From contig JBHGNT010000001.1 of the NCBI GenBank assembly GCA_043228905.1, positions 20,212,001 through 20,276,000 of the forward strand: DNA of 64,000 nt. The letters run 5' to 3'. The stretch is from Azolla caroliniana (Eukaryota; Plantae; Polypodiophyta). The position numbers and the translations under genes are program-made. The notes under the pieces were generated by a model that did not search any database, was not told where the DNA came from, and saw nothing but the letters and a program-made list of their open reading frames with translations. Numbering within the stretch: the stretch's first letter is position 1; every line of letters starts with the position of its first letter. This document shows, piece by piece, positions 13,401 to 27,002 of this stretch.

Positions 13401-16159
13401 TCCATCTCGTCCTGCATGGCACTCAACCACTTGTGGTTGTGGGTGTCCTCCTTTGCTTCTTCGAAGCTTTCCGGCTCCCCCTCATCGGTCAGCAACACAT
13501 GCTCTGCATCCGGAAATCTCTGGGGGGCTCTTCTTTCTCAGAGAGGATATCTCCGTCCTTTGTTTTCGGTAACCAACTCCTGTGTCTGTTCTTCATCCAA
13601 ATCCAATTCGAGGTCTTGTCTGGTTCCGGTTTCAGCTTCCTCTCTTTCTTCTTCTGCTGGTTCGGTATCCTCACTGTAACTGGCTGGTTCTTCGAGTGTC
13701 AACCAGCTCTTAGCCGGGTAGGTCAGTATCTCATCGAACCGATCTGGTCGACTCGGAGTTCATTATCTTCTTCTCCAACTCCCAGTCGACAAGGGTCTTG
13801 TCCTCCATGAAGATAATATCTCGACTCCGGAAAACCTTCTTGTCGACCGGATCCCACACTCGGTAGCCGAACTCATCATCGCCGTATCCGAGGAATATGC
13901 AAGGTCGGGACATTGGATCCAACTTTGCTCTCCGGTCCTCTACAACATGCACGTAAGAGAGACACCTGAAAACCTTCAGATGTCGGTAAGACACATCCTT
14001 ATCGGTCCACACTCTTTACGGCGTGTCTCGGTCCAAGGGCACTAAGGGTGATCTGTTTATCACATACGTCGTTGTCGCCAGTGCCTCAGCCACAAACGTC
14101 TTGGGTAACTTTGCATTTACCAGCATACTCTGGACCCTCTCCATTACTGTATGGTTCATCCTCTCGGCCAGCCTATTGAGTTCTGGTATCTTCAACACGA
14201 TAAATTTGAGCCCGATGCACTTCGAGCGGCAGTACTCCTCAAACTGCCCCCGGTATTTGCCTCTGTTATCTGCTCGAACCGCCTTGAGCTTTTGGCCGGT
14301 TTCTCTTTCCACTCTTGCGTGGAGCTCCTTGAAGACGGATAACACATGATCCTTGTCTTCAACGGTGTTGCCCACAGCTTCCAGCTATGGTCATCTATGA
14401 ACGTCACGAAGTACTGAGATCCGGCATGTGACATCGGATCCACTTGACACACATCGGTATGCACCAGCTCTAGTGGTGCATTACGTCTGATCGGTGGCCT
14501 TGTTCAGAAGGAGGTTCGGTTTTTCTTACCGACCAAGAAGTCGATGCACCTCTCAAGATGCACATTCTTCACCGGAATGAGGTTGTCATCGGCAAGCTTC
14601 TTCATCCCCCTCTTGCTCATGTGACACAATCACTTGCGCCATAGCTCACCGATAGTGTCAGATGCAACGTTCACTTCTTTCGGACATATTTGGGCATTCA
14701 TCAGGTACAGTGTGTTGACCTTCCGGGCTCGAGCCACTATTAGGTTCCCTTTGCAGAACTTCATGACACCGTTCCGGATGCTACCCGTGTCGGACATCTA
14801 GCCGACCGGCTGATATCAGGTTCAGTCGAACCTCCGGAACATGTTAGACATCCTTCAACAGCAGCTTGCATCTGGTTGGTGCTGTTAGCCACACATCTCT
14901 TATGCTGACAATTCGGCATGTACCTTCATTCCCCATCCGGACACAGCCATGATCACCGGATGTGTAGGATGAGACGCATTTCCGGTCCGCGGTAAGGTGG
15001 AACGACGCTCCGGAATCGACAACCCACGTTGTCTCGTCGCCGACAAGGTTCAACTCACTCTCCTCGGTGATGAACATCAACTCCTCTTCACTTGCCGCAA
15101 TTGTCTTCGTTTCCTTCCAGTCTTTGTCGTTCCGGTCTGGTGACCACTTCGAATTGGTACTATCGATTTCCTTGTCTTCCCGGAAATGTCAATAGTTCTT
15201 CTGGAAGTGCCTCGGCTTCCCACAATGGAGTGGGCCTTCCCCTTGACTTTGATCATGTCCCTGACTTTTCCCGGTTCTAGGGACTACGGTTCCTTTGTCT
15301 TACGTGTTCCGATTCGGTAAGGAGCACTTTGGAGTCAGAGATCGTATCCTTGTCTTTCCGACGCGCCTCCTCATCTAGCAAGCTCGACTTGACTCTTGCT
15401 AGGGATAGTTGTTTTCCTTCCAGCCCGGCGTTGCCCAACGTGACAACTAACATCTCCCAACTATCCGAGAGGGAACCGAGCAGGTGTAAAGCAAGTACCT
15501 CATCGGAGGGAGGTACTTCCAACGAGGTTGGTTGGTGTATCAACCCCTGAAAGGCATTCATGTGCTCCGCCATGCTGGAGCCATCTTGGTACCGGAGCCT
15601 CACTAGCTTTCGGAATACCAAAACCTGATTAACGGCATTTTTGTTCTAGAACATAATGCCGATCTTCTCCTAGAGCTCATGAGCCTTACTCTCCTCATTA
15701 AAGTTGTTGTACAGGCTCATGTTGATGAAGCATCGTATGTACACTATTGTCTTCATGTGCATCACCTCCCATATCCTGGCATCAATCTTGTCCCCGAACT
15801 GAACTGGCAACCAAAGATCTTTAACCAAGATCATGTCCCTCATCTTCTTCTTCCACATTGAGTAGTCGGAGCCGGTGAGCTTGAACATGCCGCCAAATGA
15901 ATCTTCGATTTTCTATGTTGTTTCGCTCTGATACCAAATTGACAGGAATATGTGGAATAGGGAGAAATCCACGTATACATACAAACAATAGAGCAAGATA
16001 GAGTACACAGGATGTTAACGTGGAAAACCCTAAACGGGAAAAACCACGGAAGTCCACAAACTCCAAGTTGTCACTATGTCAAAGAGGAATACAACAGCGG
16101 AACACAAAGGCAATGACCTCGTGCTCACAATCTTCGCCTAGCGGCGGTTACAGTAGAAA

Positions 16160-16200
<41 letters not shown>

Positions 16201-16501
16201 TCTGCTACACTCTGTACACACAATAACACTATACAACAATGATAACAACACTCTGTTCTACAACCTTCTAACCCCTGTTTGCCCTAGGTCATATTTATAC
16301 TAATATGACTTTCGGGCTATTTACAGATATAACCACAATGGGCTAACAGAAACATATTTACATCTATGTCTCTTCATCCGGTGAGAGATTCTCACTGGGC
16401 CCGCGTCATCCTGTTCTCACCGGGTCTTCCTTGCCGGGTACTCATCATCCGGTTCTCATCGGGCCTTCATCATCCCATCCGGAGGAACCAAAATCCTAAC
16501 A
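10451..16501 (-). mobile_element. Full-length decayed Ty1/Copia element nested in the chromovirus integrase
   Basis: LTRs 15940-16501 and 10451-11950; TSD TTAAG/TTATG; PBS TGGTATCAGAGC at 15925-15936; PPT about 11953-11966; gag, protease, integrase, RT and RNase H fragments. Confidence 0.95.
10749..11642 (+). mobile_element. 5'-truncated non-LTR retrotransposon (RTEX/L2-like C-terminus) with (TATC)n tail
   Basis: Translation MRLSSHAL*CETGRW...RLCTLC...ESEYHTLIHC...IR; TATC repeats 11620-11642; absent from the partner LTR. Confidence 0.75.
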
Positions 16502-18929
16502 TTATGGTAGTTGATGTGTGGAGAGTATTGTTGTAGGTGAACTCAGCCATTGGAAGAAATTTGATCCAATCATCTTGTTGATAACTTATCATACATCAGA
16601 GATATTGCTCTAGGATTTGATTTACTCGTTCCATTTGGCCGTCTGTCTCAGAATGGAAGGCTCTCGAAAATTTTGTGGAAGTTCCAAGAGTCTGGAAGAG
16701 GCGCTTCCAGAAATGAGACATAAATTGGGACTACGATCAGAGATAATGTCATCTGGTAAACCATGAAGGCGCACAATATTTGTTAACAATAGATCTGTTG
16801 TTTCCATCCCTGAAATTGCTCTAGAACATGGAATAAAATGTGCCATCTTTGTGAATATATCCACCACCACCAATATTGAATTGAATCCCTCAATGTCGGG
16901 AAGGTCGGTGATAAAATCTATCGAGATGGAGGCCCATGGCCTACTTGGAATTAGCAAAGGTTGAAGTAGACCGTAAGGACGATGATGTACTGCTTTGGTG
17001 CGGGCACATGTATCACATGTTTTCACAAATTGTTTAACAAGTTTCCAAGGTTGCGACCACCAATAACTTCTAGAGATTAACTCCAAAGTTTTTGCAACAC
17101 CGAAATGTCCAACTAGGGCGTCGTCATGGCATTCCTTCATGATACGGATATGACAAGGACCATCTGGGACATACATTAAGTCATTCCGGAAAAGAAAACC
17201 ATCTCGAAACATAAATTGGGCTTGACTATACCATACCTCCTTTATGGTTGATTTGTTGACTCGATTCTCCTTAATTTATTTTGCATATTTGTTGGTGGCA
17301 GTATCTATGGCTATTGCGTTGAGTAATGATTCATCCGCACCCATATAAGCTGCAAAGAGGTGATTTTGATGTGGCTGTAGGAGACCATGTGATTGTTGAT
17401 TGTAGGTCTCATCTCCTAGTCGGATTTCGAATTCCGAACGCTGAGATAGGGCATTGACTTTACCATGTTGGGCACCAGGACAAAACACAATTTCAAAGTC
17501 GTAGTCAACTAGGAAGGTCGACCATCGCGCTTGCCTCCGGTTCAAAATGAGAGTAGTGGTGAAGTAGATGAGGTTCCTGTGATCGGTCACCACCCGGACA
17601 CGATGTTGGGCGCCTACTAAGTAAGGACACCATTCTTCAAAGGCTGCAATAATGGCAGAGAGTTCTTTGTCATAAACTGGGTAGTTGATCTCGGGAGGTG
17701 TGAACTTCCGAGAATAAAAGGCAACAGGATGAAGAATCCCCTTGTTATGTGATTGAGAGAGAATGGCACCGATGGCAAAGTCAGAGGCATCTATTTTGAT
17801 CGTAAATGGTTTGCTCAGATCTGGGTGTAGAAGTACCGGAGCCGAGGTAAAAGCTTTCTTTAGTGCCTCGAATGCTAGTTGGGTTGTAGGAGTTTAGAAA
17901 AAGGGGTATCCTTCCGTGTGAGTGTTATAAGTGGTTGCACCAATGTAGAGAATCCTTGAATGAATCGATGATAGAAGTTGGCAAAACCCAAAAATGATTG
18001 CACATCCTTGACCTTGGTCGGGACTTCCCACTCTTGAACCATGTCGACTTTCTTCTCGTCCATAGTGAGACCATTAGATGAAATGACATACTGAGGAATT
18101 CAACTAAGGTTCGATCAAACTCACACTTCTCAGGTTTCACATAAAGTCCATGTTCCCGAAGTTTGGACAAGATAACTCGAACGTGCTTGGTGTGCTCTAT
18201 GTAGTCTTGTGAGAAGATAATTATGTCGTCGAGATAGATGGCCACAAATTGGTCTAGATATTCTCGGAAGATGTCATTCCTCATATGTTGGAAAATGACA
18301 GGAGCATTTGTGAGACCAAATGGCATTACCATGTATTCAAAATGCCATTTTCCACTCATCTCCAGGCTAGATACGCACCAAGTTGTAGGCGCCTTTGAGA
18401 TCAATTTTGGAGAATATACGCCCAGCCCGAAGTCGGTCGAGGAGTTTGGGGATTAGAGGTAGTAGATAACGGTTTCGAACTGTGACTCGATTGAGACCGC
18501 GATAGTCAATACATAGGCGTAACGTTCCATCTTTTTTTTTGACAAATAGAATAGGAGAGCTAGCTGGAGATTTTGAGTGGCGAATGAATCCCTTTGCGAG
18601 ATTCTCTTCAATGTATATTTTGAGGGACTTGAGTTTAGGTTCAGATAACCCATAGATAGGGCCAAATGGAGGACAAGCACCATCTTTCAAGTCAATTGGA
18701 CAATCATATGGGCGATGTTCAGGCAGGCGATCAACATTTTTCTTCTCAAATACATCAGAGAAATCATTGTATTTTGATGGAAAAGAGCTAGTACATAAAG
18801 TAGTATCTGGAGTGGACATGACCACCATGTCCTTAGAATTAGAAATGGATGCAATCAGCACTGTATTGCTTACCTGAGCAAGAGTTGGAACTATTTCCGA
18901 GGCCGACACAGAACTAACTATCGATGTTG

Positions 18930-19220
18930 TTTCTATTGGAGCAACCGTTGACATGGTTCTCGCTGAAGAGGAAATGGGAGCGACCGATAACCTGGTCCTC
19001 ACTGGAGCAGAAACATGAGTGGGAGTGACCGTTGACGTGGTCCTCAATGGAGCAGAAACTGGAATCGGAGCAACCATTGTTGTGGTTCTCACTGGAGCAA
19101 AAATAGGAGTTGTCCCCGAAACATGAGTGGGAGCAACCATTGTTGTGGTTCTCACTGGAGCAAAAATGGGAGTTGTCCCCGAAACATGAGTGGGAGCAAC
19201 CATTGAGACGGTCCTCACCG
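18930..19220 (-). repeat. In-frame tandem repeats (63-bp unit plus shorter variants) between protease and RT
   Basis: [21 protein letters not shown] twice plus degenerate copies in ORF 18367-19218. Confidence 0.9.
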
Positions 19221-20743
19221 GAGTAGGCGGCCAAATAAATGGCGGAGGATTGGCTCGAAGAAGGGTGGACGTAATCCCTTGTTAGTGAAAAGTTGAGGTG
19301 AAGTTGATGGTGCGATATTGCCAATCCATGACTAGATTGCGAGTGCCAAGCCATGATAACCCCAAGATGATAGGATGTCGAGGTGATGTGATGAGGTTAA
19401 AAGTGATTTCTTCCTGGTGGGCTCCTATGTGGAGACCCAAGGGAATTGTTGTATCTGTGATGGCACTAGAAGAGAGGGTGCGACCGTCGATCACTTCAAC
19501 TGGAATAAGGATGATTATTTTGTTGCTTCGAATGTTGTTTTTCCATGCAAACATGATGTCAATAAAGCACGACGTAGCCCCAGAATCCAACAAAGCTTCT
19601 GTCTTCAAAGTTGTAGAGCCAAACTGAAGAGTGATCGGAAGCGTGAAGCTTGTTGTCGAGGAAGTCGGTTGATTGGGCCCTTGACATAATTGTCGACCCT
19701 TGTGGTCCAGATGCATAGCCTCTACTGCAACTAGACATTGGAGTTTTCTTGTTGGCAAAAAATGTCAACCCCATCCACACGATGTGGTGTTGGACGGGGT
19801 CCCTTTTTTGGGCAAGAGTGGATCAAATGGTCAAGGCCACCACAGTAGAGACATAAATTGTTGGCCCGTCGATGTTGTCGTTGTGCGTTAGTCTATGGTC
19901 GGTAGCAAATTCGATCGATCTCCATTGGCGAGCTAGAATTTGTGGCGGGAGTTGAAAATGAAGTGGAGGATGACATGGGAGGCGGGGTCGTCAACCATGG
20001 TAGGTGACTTCGCGTAGCGGTTGGCCAAGGTGGATGGATCTGGTGAGGACGTTCCTTTTGCCGAACTCAAAGAGACGGTTATCGCAGCGCACAACTTGGG
20101 AAATAGCCTCATTCAACGATGTGGGCTCAGGAAAGTTAAGTAAAAGCTTTTTTATCTCACCTCGTAATCCTCGGCGGAATTGAGTAAGGAGGGCTTGTCC
20201 GTCCCACTTGACATCGCACGTGAGTTGACGAATTTCAGACGCATAGATTGATGTGGCACGATCTCCTTGTTGTAACGCATATAGTTTGTTGAGTGCGGAT
20301 CGTCATTTGTTCGTCTCCCCAAAAGTTGCCTCAAATTTAATAAGAAATTCTTGGAAGTCATTCAAGAGAGGCGAAGAGATCTCCACTAGAGGGACAAACC
20401 AAGCTTCTGCTTGTCCCATCAGCAACGTGCCGATGAGCCCAACTTGTCGAAAGTCATCAGAATAGCGTCTGGGCTGAACACGAATAATAAGGCGGATTTG
20501 GTTGATGAAACCTCGTAGCCATGACCTTGTTCCATTGAATTTTTCTAGCAAACTGACATTGGGTTCTACAACATAAGGGTCAACAATCGGGTGAGCTATA
20601 ACCGTTGTGGCTGCTTGAAGTTCTTGAATAGAGTTTCGCAAGTTCACATTGTCATGTTGGAGTTGTTGCACGACCGCCAAAATTCGCTCAAGATTACTAG
20701 ATGATTCTGACAGGATAGTGTATTGAGAAAGAAGGAAAGAAGG

Positions 20744-20754
20744 AAGGAGATCAA
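20744..20754 (-). promoter_or_regulatory. Self-priming PBS of the chromovirus
   Basis: TTGATCTCCTT 2 nt after the 5' LTR on the minus strand, complementary to AAGGAGATCAA inside the LTR (9584-9594). Confidence 0.8.
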
Positions 20755-20849
20755 TCTGTCATGGATGAACAATTGGAGATAAAGAGATGGGGAAGTTGAT
20801 GAGATAGGGAGATCGAGAACTTGATGACAATGAGTAAAAATGTCTATTC

Positions 20850-21517
20850 TGACAGGAACTGCATGCTCCCTATCTGCAACGCTCGGCCACAACCGAGCTT
20901 AGAATCATACACAAAAAACGGGGAATGAATGCACGACACAAAAGGAGAGAAGAGTACACAGGATGTTTAACGTCGAAAACCCTGAGAGGGAAAAACCAGG
21001 GGAGTCCACAGACTCCAAACTATCACTATATCACAATGATTACAATAGTGAGCTCACGGAGGCAATGACCTCGTGCTCACGATCTTCGCCACAGGCGGCG
21101 GTAACAACAGAGGCAACGACCTCTTCCTCTCTCTCTCTCTCTGTACACTGTTACGCGCTCTCTAGTCTTACACCAACAAGAATGACAACAACGCGAAAGA
21201 GTTTGCCCTAAGTCATATTTATACTAATATGACTTTTCGGCTATTTACAAATATAGCCCCGATGGACTCTCAGAAAACATATTTACGAATATGTCCCTTC
21301 ATCCGGTGAGCACTTCTCACCGGGCCTTCACCATCCGGCTATTGCCGGGTACTCCTCATCCGGTTCTCACCGGCTCTTCCGTAACTAGGTACTCTTCATC
21401 CGGTTCTCACCGGCTCTTCCGTAGCTGGGTACTTGTCATCCGGTTTCGGCCTCAGCCGAGTTTGCTCATCAGTACTGTTCTTCTCACTTCCCATCCGGAG
21501 GGACCTGTTTCCTAACA
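20850..21517 (-). repeat. Copia solo LTR
   Basis: TG...CA; TSD TATTC; homologous to the other Copia LTRs. Confidence 0.95.
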
Positions 21518-22129
21518 TATTCCATGACTGGTGTGGATGTCCTTCATGTTAACAAGGGAGATCAACCCTTTTTATACATGTAGTGATGCATGATAAGCAT
21601 GCTCATGCCAAGTCTTACATACTATCAAGCATACGAATTCTTGCATGCCAAGCCTTACATACTATAATATGAAGCATACTAATTCTTGCATGGCAAGTTT
21701 TACATACTAAGTCTTACATACTGGGTCTTACATATTGAGTCCTACATACCACTCTTTATACAAAGGTTTGAAGTCTAAAGTTTGTATAGGAGAAATATAT
21801 ATATACAAGGACCTAAGGTTCACATTCGAGTTTATGTTCATGACACTTAAACTATCAAAAGGGGTGGCCCTAGACTATTTTAGGGATCCAAGTTTTAGGA
21901 GGAGAAAACACTACCAATTAGTGTATTGAAGCTCTCTCTCTCTCTCTCTGATTACGACTGACAACCAACTCCGGAAGGTGCGTCCTTTGCTTGCGTTAGA
22001 CACTCGCGTGCTCCCGATTAGAGGATCAAACCGGTTGTACTCCCTGCGCATCACGCGCACATTTTAACTAATACCGTTAATCTATTCTGTTGTCTAGTGT
22101 TGCAATTTCATCATATCACCCTGTAACGG

Positions 22130-25100
22130 TGTCGTGAAGATTTCCGTCTATAGTGTGAAACCGGGGTAGAATGGGCAAGTCGGTGGTGTGCAACATGTGC
22201 ACATGTATACTAGGAAATGGTGTGCAAAAATAAGAGGGGAAATTTTATACCACATTGTAAGGTCCCTCCCTCCTTGGGCTATAAAACGAAGGGAGGGGTC
22301 ACTTATGAAAGAGTTGCCTATTTTGCGTATGAAAGGTATACCACTAAGTCTAGAGTTCTTACCGTTTTAGGGCTAGGGTTTCGTTTAGGGTTTCATTATT
22401 CATCCTCGGTTAGGGTTTTCTCATAGTCGTTTGGTGCGGCCACCATTGTTGTAATCATTCGTTTGTTTTAATATAACTTGTTGAGCATCTTGCCTCGGTC
22501 GATGTCTCCTTCTATGTCATGGTCTTATTCTTTCCTCTTCTCCTCTTGGGCTAAGCTTCCAAATCATGTCTTATTCTTTGTCCTCTACTCCCTAGTCCGA
22601 GACCCCGGTGGTCCCGTCCCTTCTACACGCACGCGCGTAACGCGACATATTTGGTGAACCCGACGTGAAGGGCGGCAAGGGAGCATGGAGATGGAAGAAG
22701 ACATCAGCTTCGAGGAGATGATGGCAAAGATCGAGATAGAAGCCGGACGGAAGATGGCGAAGCGAGATGCGGCTCAATAAGCCGTCGAAAGGGTGGTCGA
22801 TCGAGTTAGCCGGTTCAATGGGAATGAGGTCCCAAATTTTTTGAGAGCTTACAATGTCGATATGATGGAGCGAGGTGTGGACGAAGCGACAAGGCTAGAT
22901 TTTTTTGTCGAGTGCCGGCCATATCAAGGTACGAAGAGGTCAAGGAGCTCCGAGAAGCTCACGAATCGTGGGAATCCTTTGAGGGAGCTCTATTGGAGGC
23001 GTACGAGTACGCGGAACCGAAAGGAAGAGGTCGACATGAGTTCGATCGGTGGGTGGCGTCGGTGAGGCGTCATCGGAGCGCGATGGAGGCATTCCGGGAG
23101 TTCGAGCGTCGTTTCTCTCAACTCTCGGAGTGGGAACGGAGATCGGTGGGGGCGGACAAAGTCCTCCTATTTTTGAAGACGGTCCATCATGAGGAGAGGC
23201 TGGACATCTTATTCGAGCTTCAAGATGATTATGGAACACATGGTCTCACCGAGGAGTGGTCCGAAGTGGAATGGGTATGCCGGCAACATGATGCGAGGCG
23301 GGCGGCCACAACACGGTCCGCGAGCGGCAGAGAAGAGAGAGCGGCGAGTGACTACGCACTACCACCGAAAGAGAGCTCAATGCAAAATGGTTCGGAGGAG
23401 CTCGACCTAGAAGTGCTAATACGGGAGGCATGCGAGCTTGTGAAGGCGAAAATCGAAGCCGAAGAAGGGCTTATTATGGAGTCGGGCTGGAGGCGATCGG
23501 AGGATGCAGAGGAAGAAGCCTCCCTAAGCGTAGAAGACAGGGCCTATACGGAAGCCGGGAGAGCGTACAACGACGACATGGGAGAGGGTGCGGAGCAAGC
23601 GACCCTCTTGCCTTGCGGTGAAGGGATGGCCATAGAGGCCGGTAACTACAGATTCGGGACATGGCGACCCGAAACATCGAGTGGGGAGGAGACAAGCGGC
23701 GGTGTCATGACCTTACACACACTGGCCCTAGAGGCTTCAGCGGTCGGCCCAAGTGCCGGCGTGAGGCCTAGAGCGACGGGCGGTGGTGGCAGCAAGGTGG
23801 GCAACCGAGACGACGACATGGAAGAGACGGCGGCAAGCGTAATCGAGGCTTGCGCGATCGGAGGCGGGGTAGCCGCGGACAACGACGTCTAGACGAAGGT
23901 GGCTACGGACACAACGAGCGGCGGTGCCGGTGTCGCGTTGTTACGTGCGTGCGTGGAGAAACGAGGCGGGACCACCGGGGTCTTGAACCGAAGAGCAGAT
24001 GATAGGGGGGAAAGAGAAAGAGAGAGACGACCGGTTACGTATGAGCAGAGAAACACAGGGACACGACCCGTCAACGCAGAAAACACGAATGGACACAGAG
24101 ACAGAGAGACACGAATGTTTGTATACTAACAGATGACACCAAAAACAACAGAGCACGCGAGCGGTTACAACCGCACAGGCCGGCGAACAGATGCCGATGC
24201 CTGTTCGTCTGCGCACGAAAGGGGATAGGATGGAGGTGCTGCCGGAAGCACACGGGCGTTCCTCAAAGCAGCACGAGCCTCCCGAAAACCTACAGAGAAG
24301 AGCAATAGAGAACAAACAGAGGAGAAGCGTTCGGTTACGGTCCGACAGCACTTCGTCCTCCTCAATGCGCGATCCCCTTCTCCCCGCGTCTCCCTCTCTT
24401 TTATAGCTTCAAGAAGGGAGCCGCTTTTCTCATTAACTTCCTACCTACCGAATCTAACTACCTACGATCTACCTTTGTACCCAATCCTCTATTATATACA
24501 TTAAAGGGCGCACACGCGTGAAGAGCCGGTTTGCGCACGCTATACACCGATTGCGCTAAGGGACGGTTTTCTTCACGACACCGGGTCCCTACCCACACCG
24601 TTCCTGGAGGCTCCAGCGGTCGGCCCGAGTGCCGGCGTGAGTCCTAGAGCCACGGGCGGTGGCGGTGGCAAGGCGGGCAACCGAGACGACGACATGGCAG
24701 AGATGGCGGCAAGCGCAGTCGAGGCTTGCGCGATCGGAGGCGGGGTAGCCACGGACAACGACGTCCGGACGGAGGTGGCTACCGACACAACGAGCGGCGG
24801 TGCCAGGTCCTCACCCGCACCGGTCCTAGAGGCTCCGGCGGTCGGCCCGAGTGCCGGCATGAGACCTAGAGCGACGGGCGGTGGCGGCAGCCAGGCGGGC
24901 AACCGAGACGACGACAAGGATTGTAGCGGACAAAGGCAAGACCCCTCGACACTGGGGCCGGAGACTATGGCGGTTGCACTCGAATGCCAACATAAGACCG
25001 GAGAGAAGGGCGGTGGCTGTGAGACGGCGTGGCCCAGAGCGAACACGTACGAAGATGAGGGTGCGAGGCCCAGAACGGGCATATACAAGAGGACCGACGG

Positions 25101-27002
25101 AGAGGTAGGGAGCGGCAAAGAGGAGAGAGTCGGGAACCGACTCGACCAGAAGACGAAGCGGAAGAAGAGTGAAGCGGGGGCCGGTCAACCGGGCCCAAAC
25201 CGAAAGAAGCCAGCAAGACCGGGATTGTTTGATTGACTCCTTACCGGCCGGTCATGATTACGATGGGGGCTGGTAAAAGCAAGAAGGAGGCTAACCGGGC
25301 ACGACAAGTACGGATCGGTGAGAGGCCGAGAGCAAGGGGGACCCTCCACACCCATTCTTGAGACTTTGGCGGTTGCGGATCAACGTAAGACCAAAGAGAC
25401 GACGGGTGGCGGCGAGGAGTTGGAGGCCAATGCAGAATCGGGGACTGGAGCAGATATCCGATGTGGGAATACGGACATGAGGGGCCAAGACGGCAAGCCG
25501 GAGTCAGAAGGGTCTACAGCAACGAAGGACGAAGAGACCGACGCGGAGGTCGGGTCTACGGTGGATGAGGCGCGTAATACGAAGCATGCACTACGGCGTA
25601 AAACGGAGCATGCACTACGACCGCTCGAGGGCCAAGAAACGAGCATGTATTCGGAAGAGCCACAACGAGTGATAGGTGATAGTGGTCTTGTCGAGCCTTT
25701 GAGAGGCAAAAGCGCCGCGAGATGCCGAGATCAGCGGATGGGCGGCGAGAGCGAAGAATGGTGCGCGGAGAACAACGGGGTACATACCAGGAAGAGAAAA
25801 CGCAGCGGCTTCCCGGAAGGCAGGCAAGGCCAAGCGGGCCAAGAGGGTGCAAGTCGAGGCAAGGCGGTAACGAGAGCCTCGAGGGACACCGACACGGAGG
25901 CCGGGATGACGGTGCGCTCTACTGCAAGAGAGCATGGCAAGCAAGGGAGAAATGAGGAGCGCGTAATGGGGTCACCTAAGGACCGAAGAACGCGTGCGTA
26001 TTCGGAGGACAACGACGACACACGGGAAGAGCCTATCAAAGGCACCCGCGGAGCGGAGAGAATCGGCACGTCGAGGTGTTCGGGATGCCGAGACGATCGA
26101 GCCGAAGGAGGGACATACGTGGCACGAAAAGGGCGGAATCCGGCGTGCAATCGGAGTGATCGGGGGCCCAATCGAAGAACATACACAGCGGACAAAGTCG
26201 GGATGACCGAGTCGGCAACGACGTTCGGGAGGACCGGTCGGGAAGGAAGGCACGAACGTCGGATATGGCGGATCGGATGGAGCCACCGGTTTGGGGACAC
26301 ACGGTGGACGTGGTGGATCGGATGGAGCAAGACGGATCAGCGCCGGCAAGGGACCGGCAAGACGGTTGGGTGCCGGTAAGGCGAAGGACCCGGTTGATCA
26401 CCGTCGCCGGAATCTCTCACCCTTTTCCTTTCTTGGCACATACCGGTGGATGTGCGGTTTGGTGGAGGTGGATGTCGTGAAGATTTCCGACTATATTGTG
26501 AAACCGGGGTGGAATGGGCAAGTCGGTGGTGTGAAACATGTGCACATGTATACTAGGAAATGGTGTGTAGAAATAAGAGGGGAAATTTTATCCCACATTG
26601 TAAGGTCCCTCCCTCCTTGAGCTATAAAAGGAAGGGAGGGGTCACTTATGAAAGAGTTTCATATTTTGCGTATGAAAGTTATACCACTTAGTTTAGAGTT
26701 CTTACCATTTTAGGGTTAGAGTTTCGTTTAGGGTTTCATTATTCATCCTCGGTTAGGGTTTTCTCATAGTCGTTTGGTGTGGCCCATGCGGCCACCATTG
26801 TTGTAATCATTCGTTTGTTTTAATATAACTTGTTGAGCATCTTGCCTCGACCGATCTCTCCTTCTATGTCATGGTCTTATTCTTTCCTCTTCTCCTCTTG
26901 AACTAAGCTTCCAAATCATATCTTATTCTTTCTCCTCTACTCCCTAGTATGAGACCCCGGTGGTCCCTCCCCTTCTACACGCATGCGCATAACAACGCAA
27001 CA
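22130..27002 (+). mobile_element. Non-autonomous gag-only Gypsy element (tRNA-Trp PBS)
   Basis: LTRs 22130-22647 and 26473-27002; PBS TGGTGAACCCGACGTGAA 22652-22669; gag-like 22690-23892 then low-complexity repeats; no RT or integrase motifs; probable 4-bp TSD ACGG/ATGA. Confidence 0.9.
23931..24580 (-). repeat. Solo LTR of a related Trp-primed Gypsy family
   Basis: Minus strand TGTCGTGAAG...GTAACAACGCGACA; 4-bp TSD CCGG. Confidence 0.92.

Larger units (their letters stand above)
9480..21845 (-). mobile_element. Tcn1-type chromovirus (Ty3/Gypsy), decayed
   Basis: LTRs 9480-about 9810 and 20757-21845; TSD CTTAC/CTTAA; gag about 19760-20680, protease LLDSGA, RT YLDDII, RNase H, integrase HHCC, GPF motif and chromodomain YEVETILDSR; PPT near 9813-9824. 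Confidence 0.92.
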
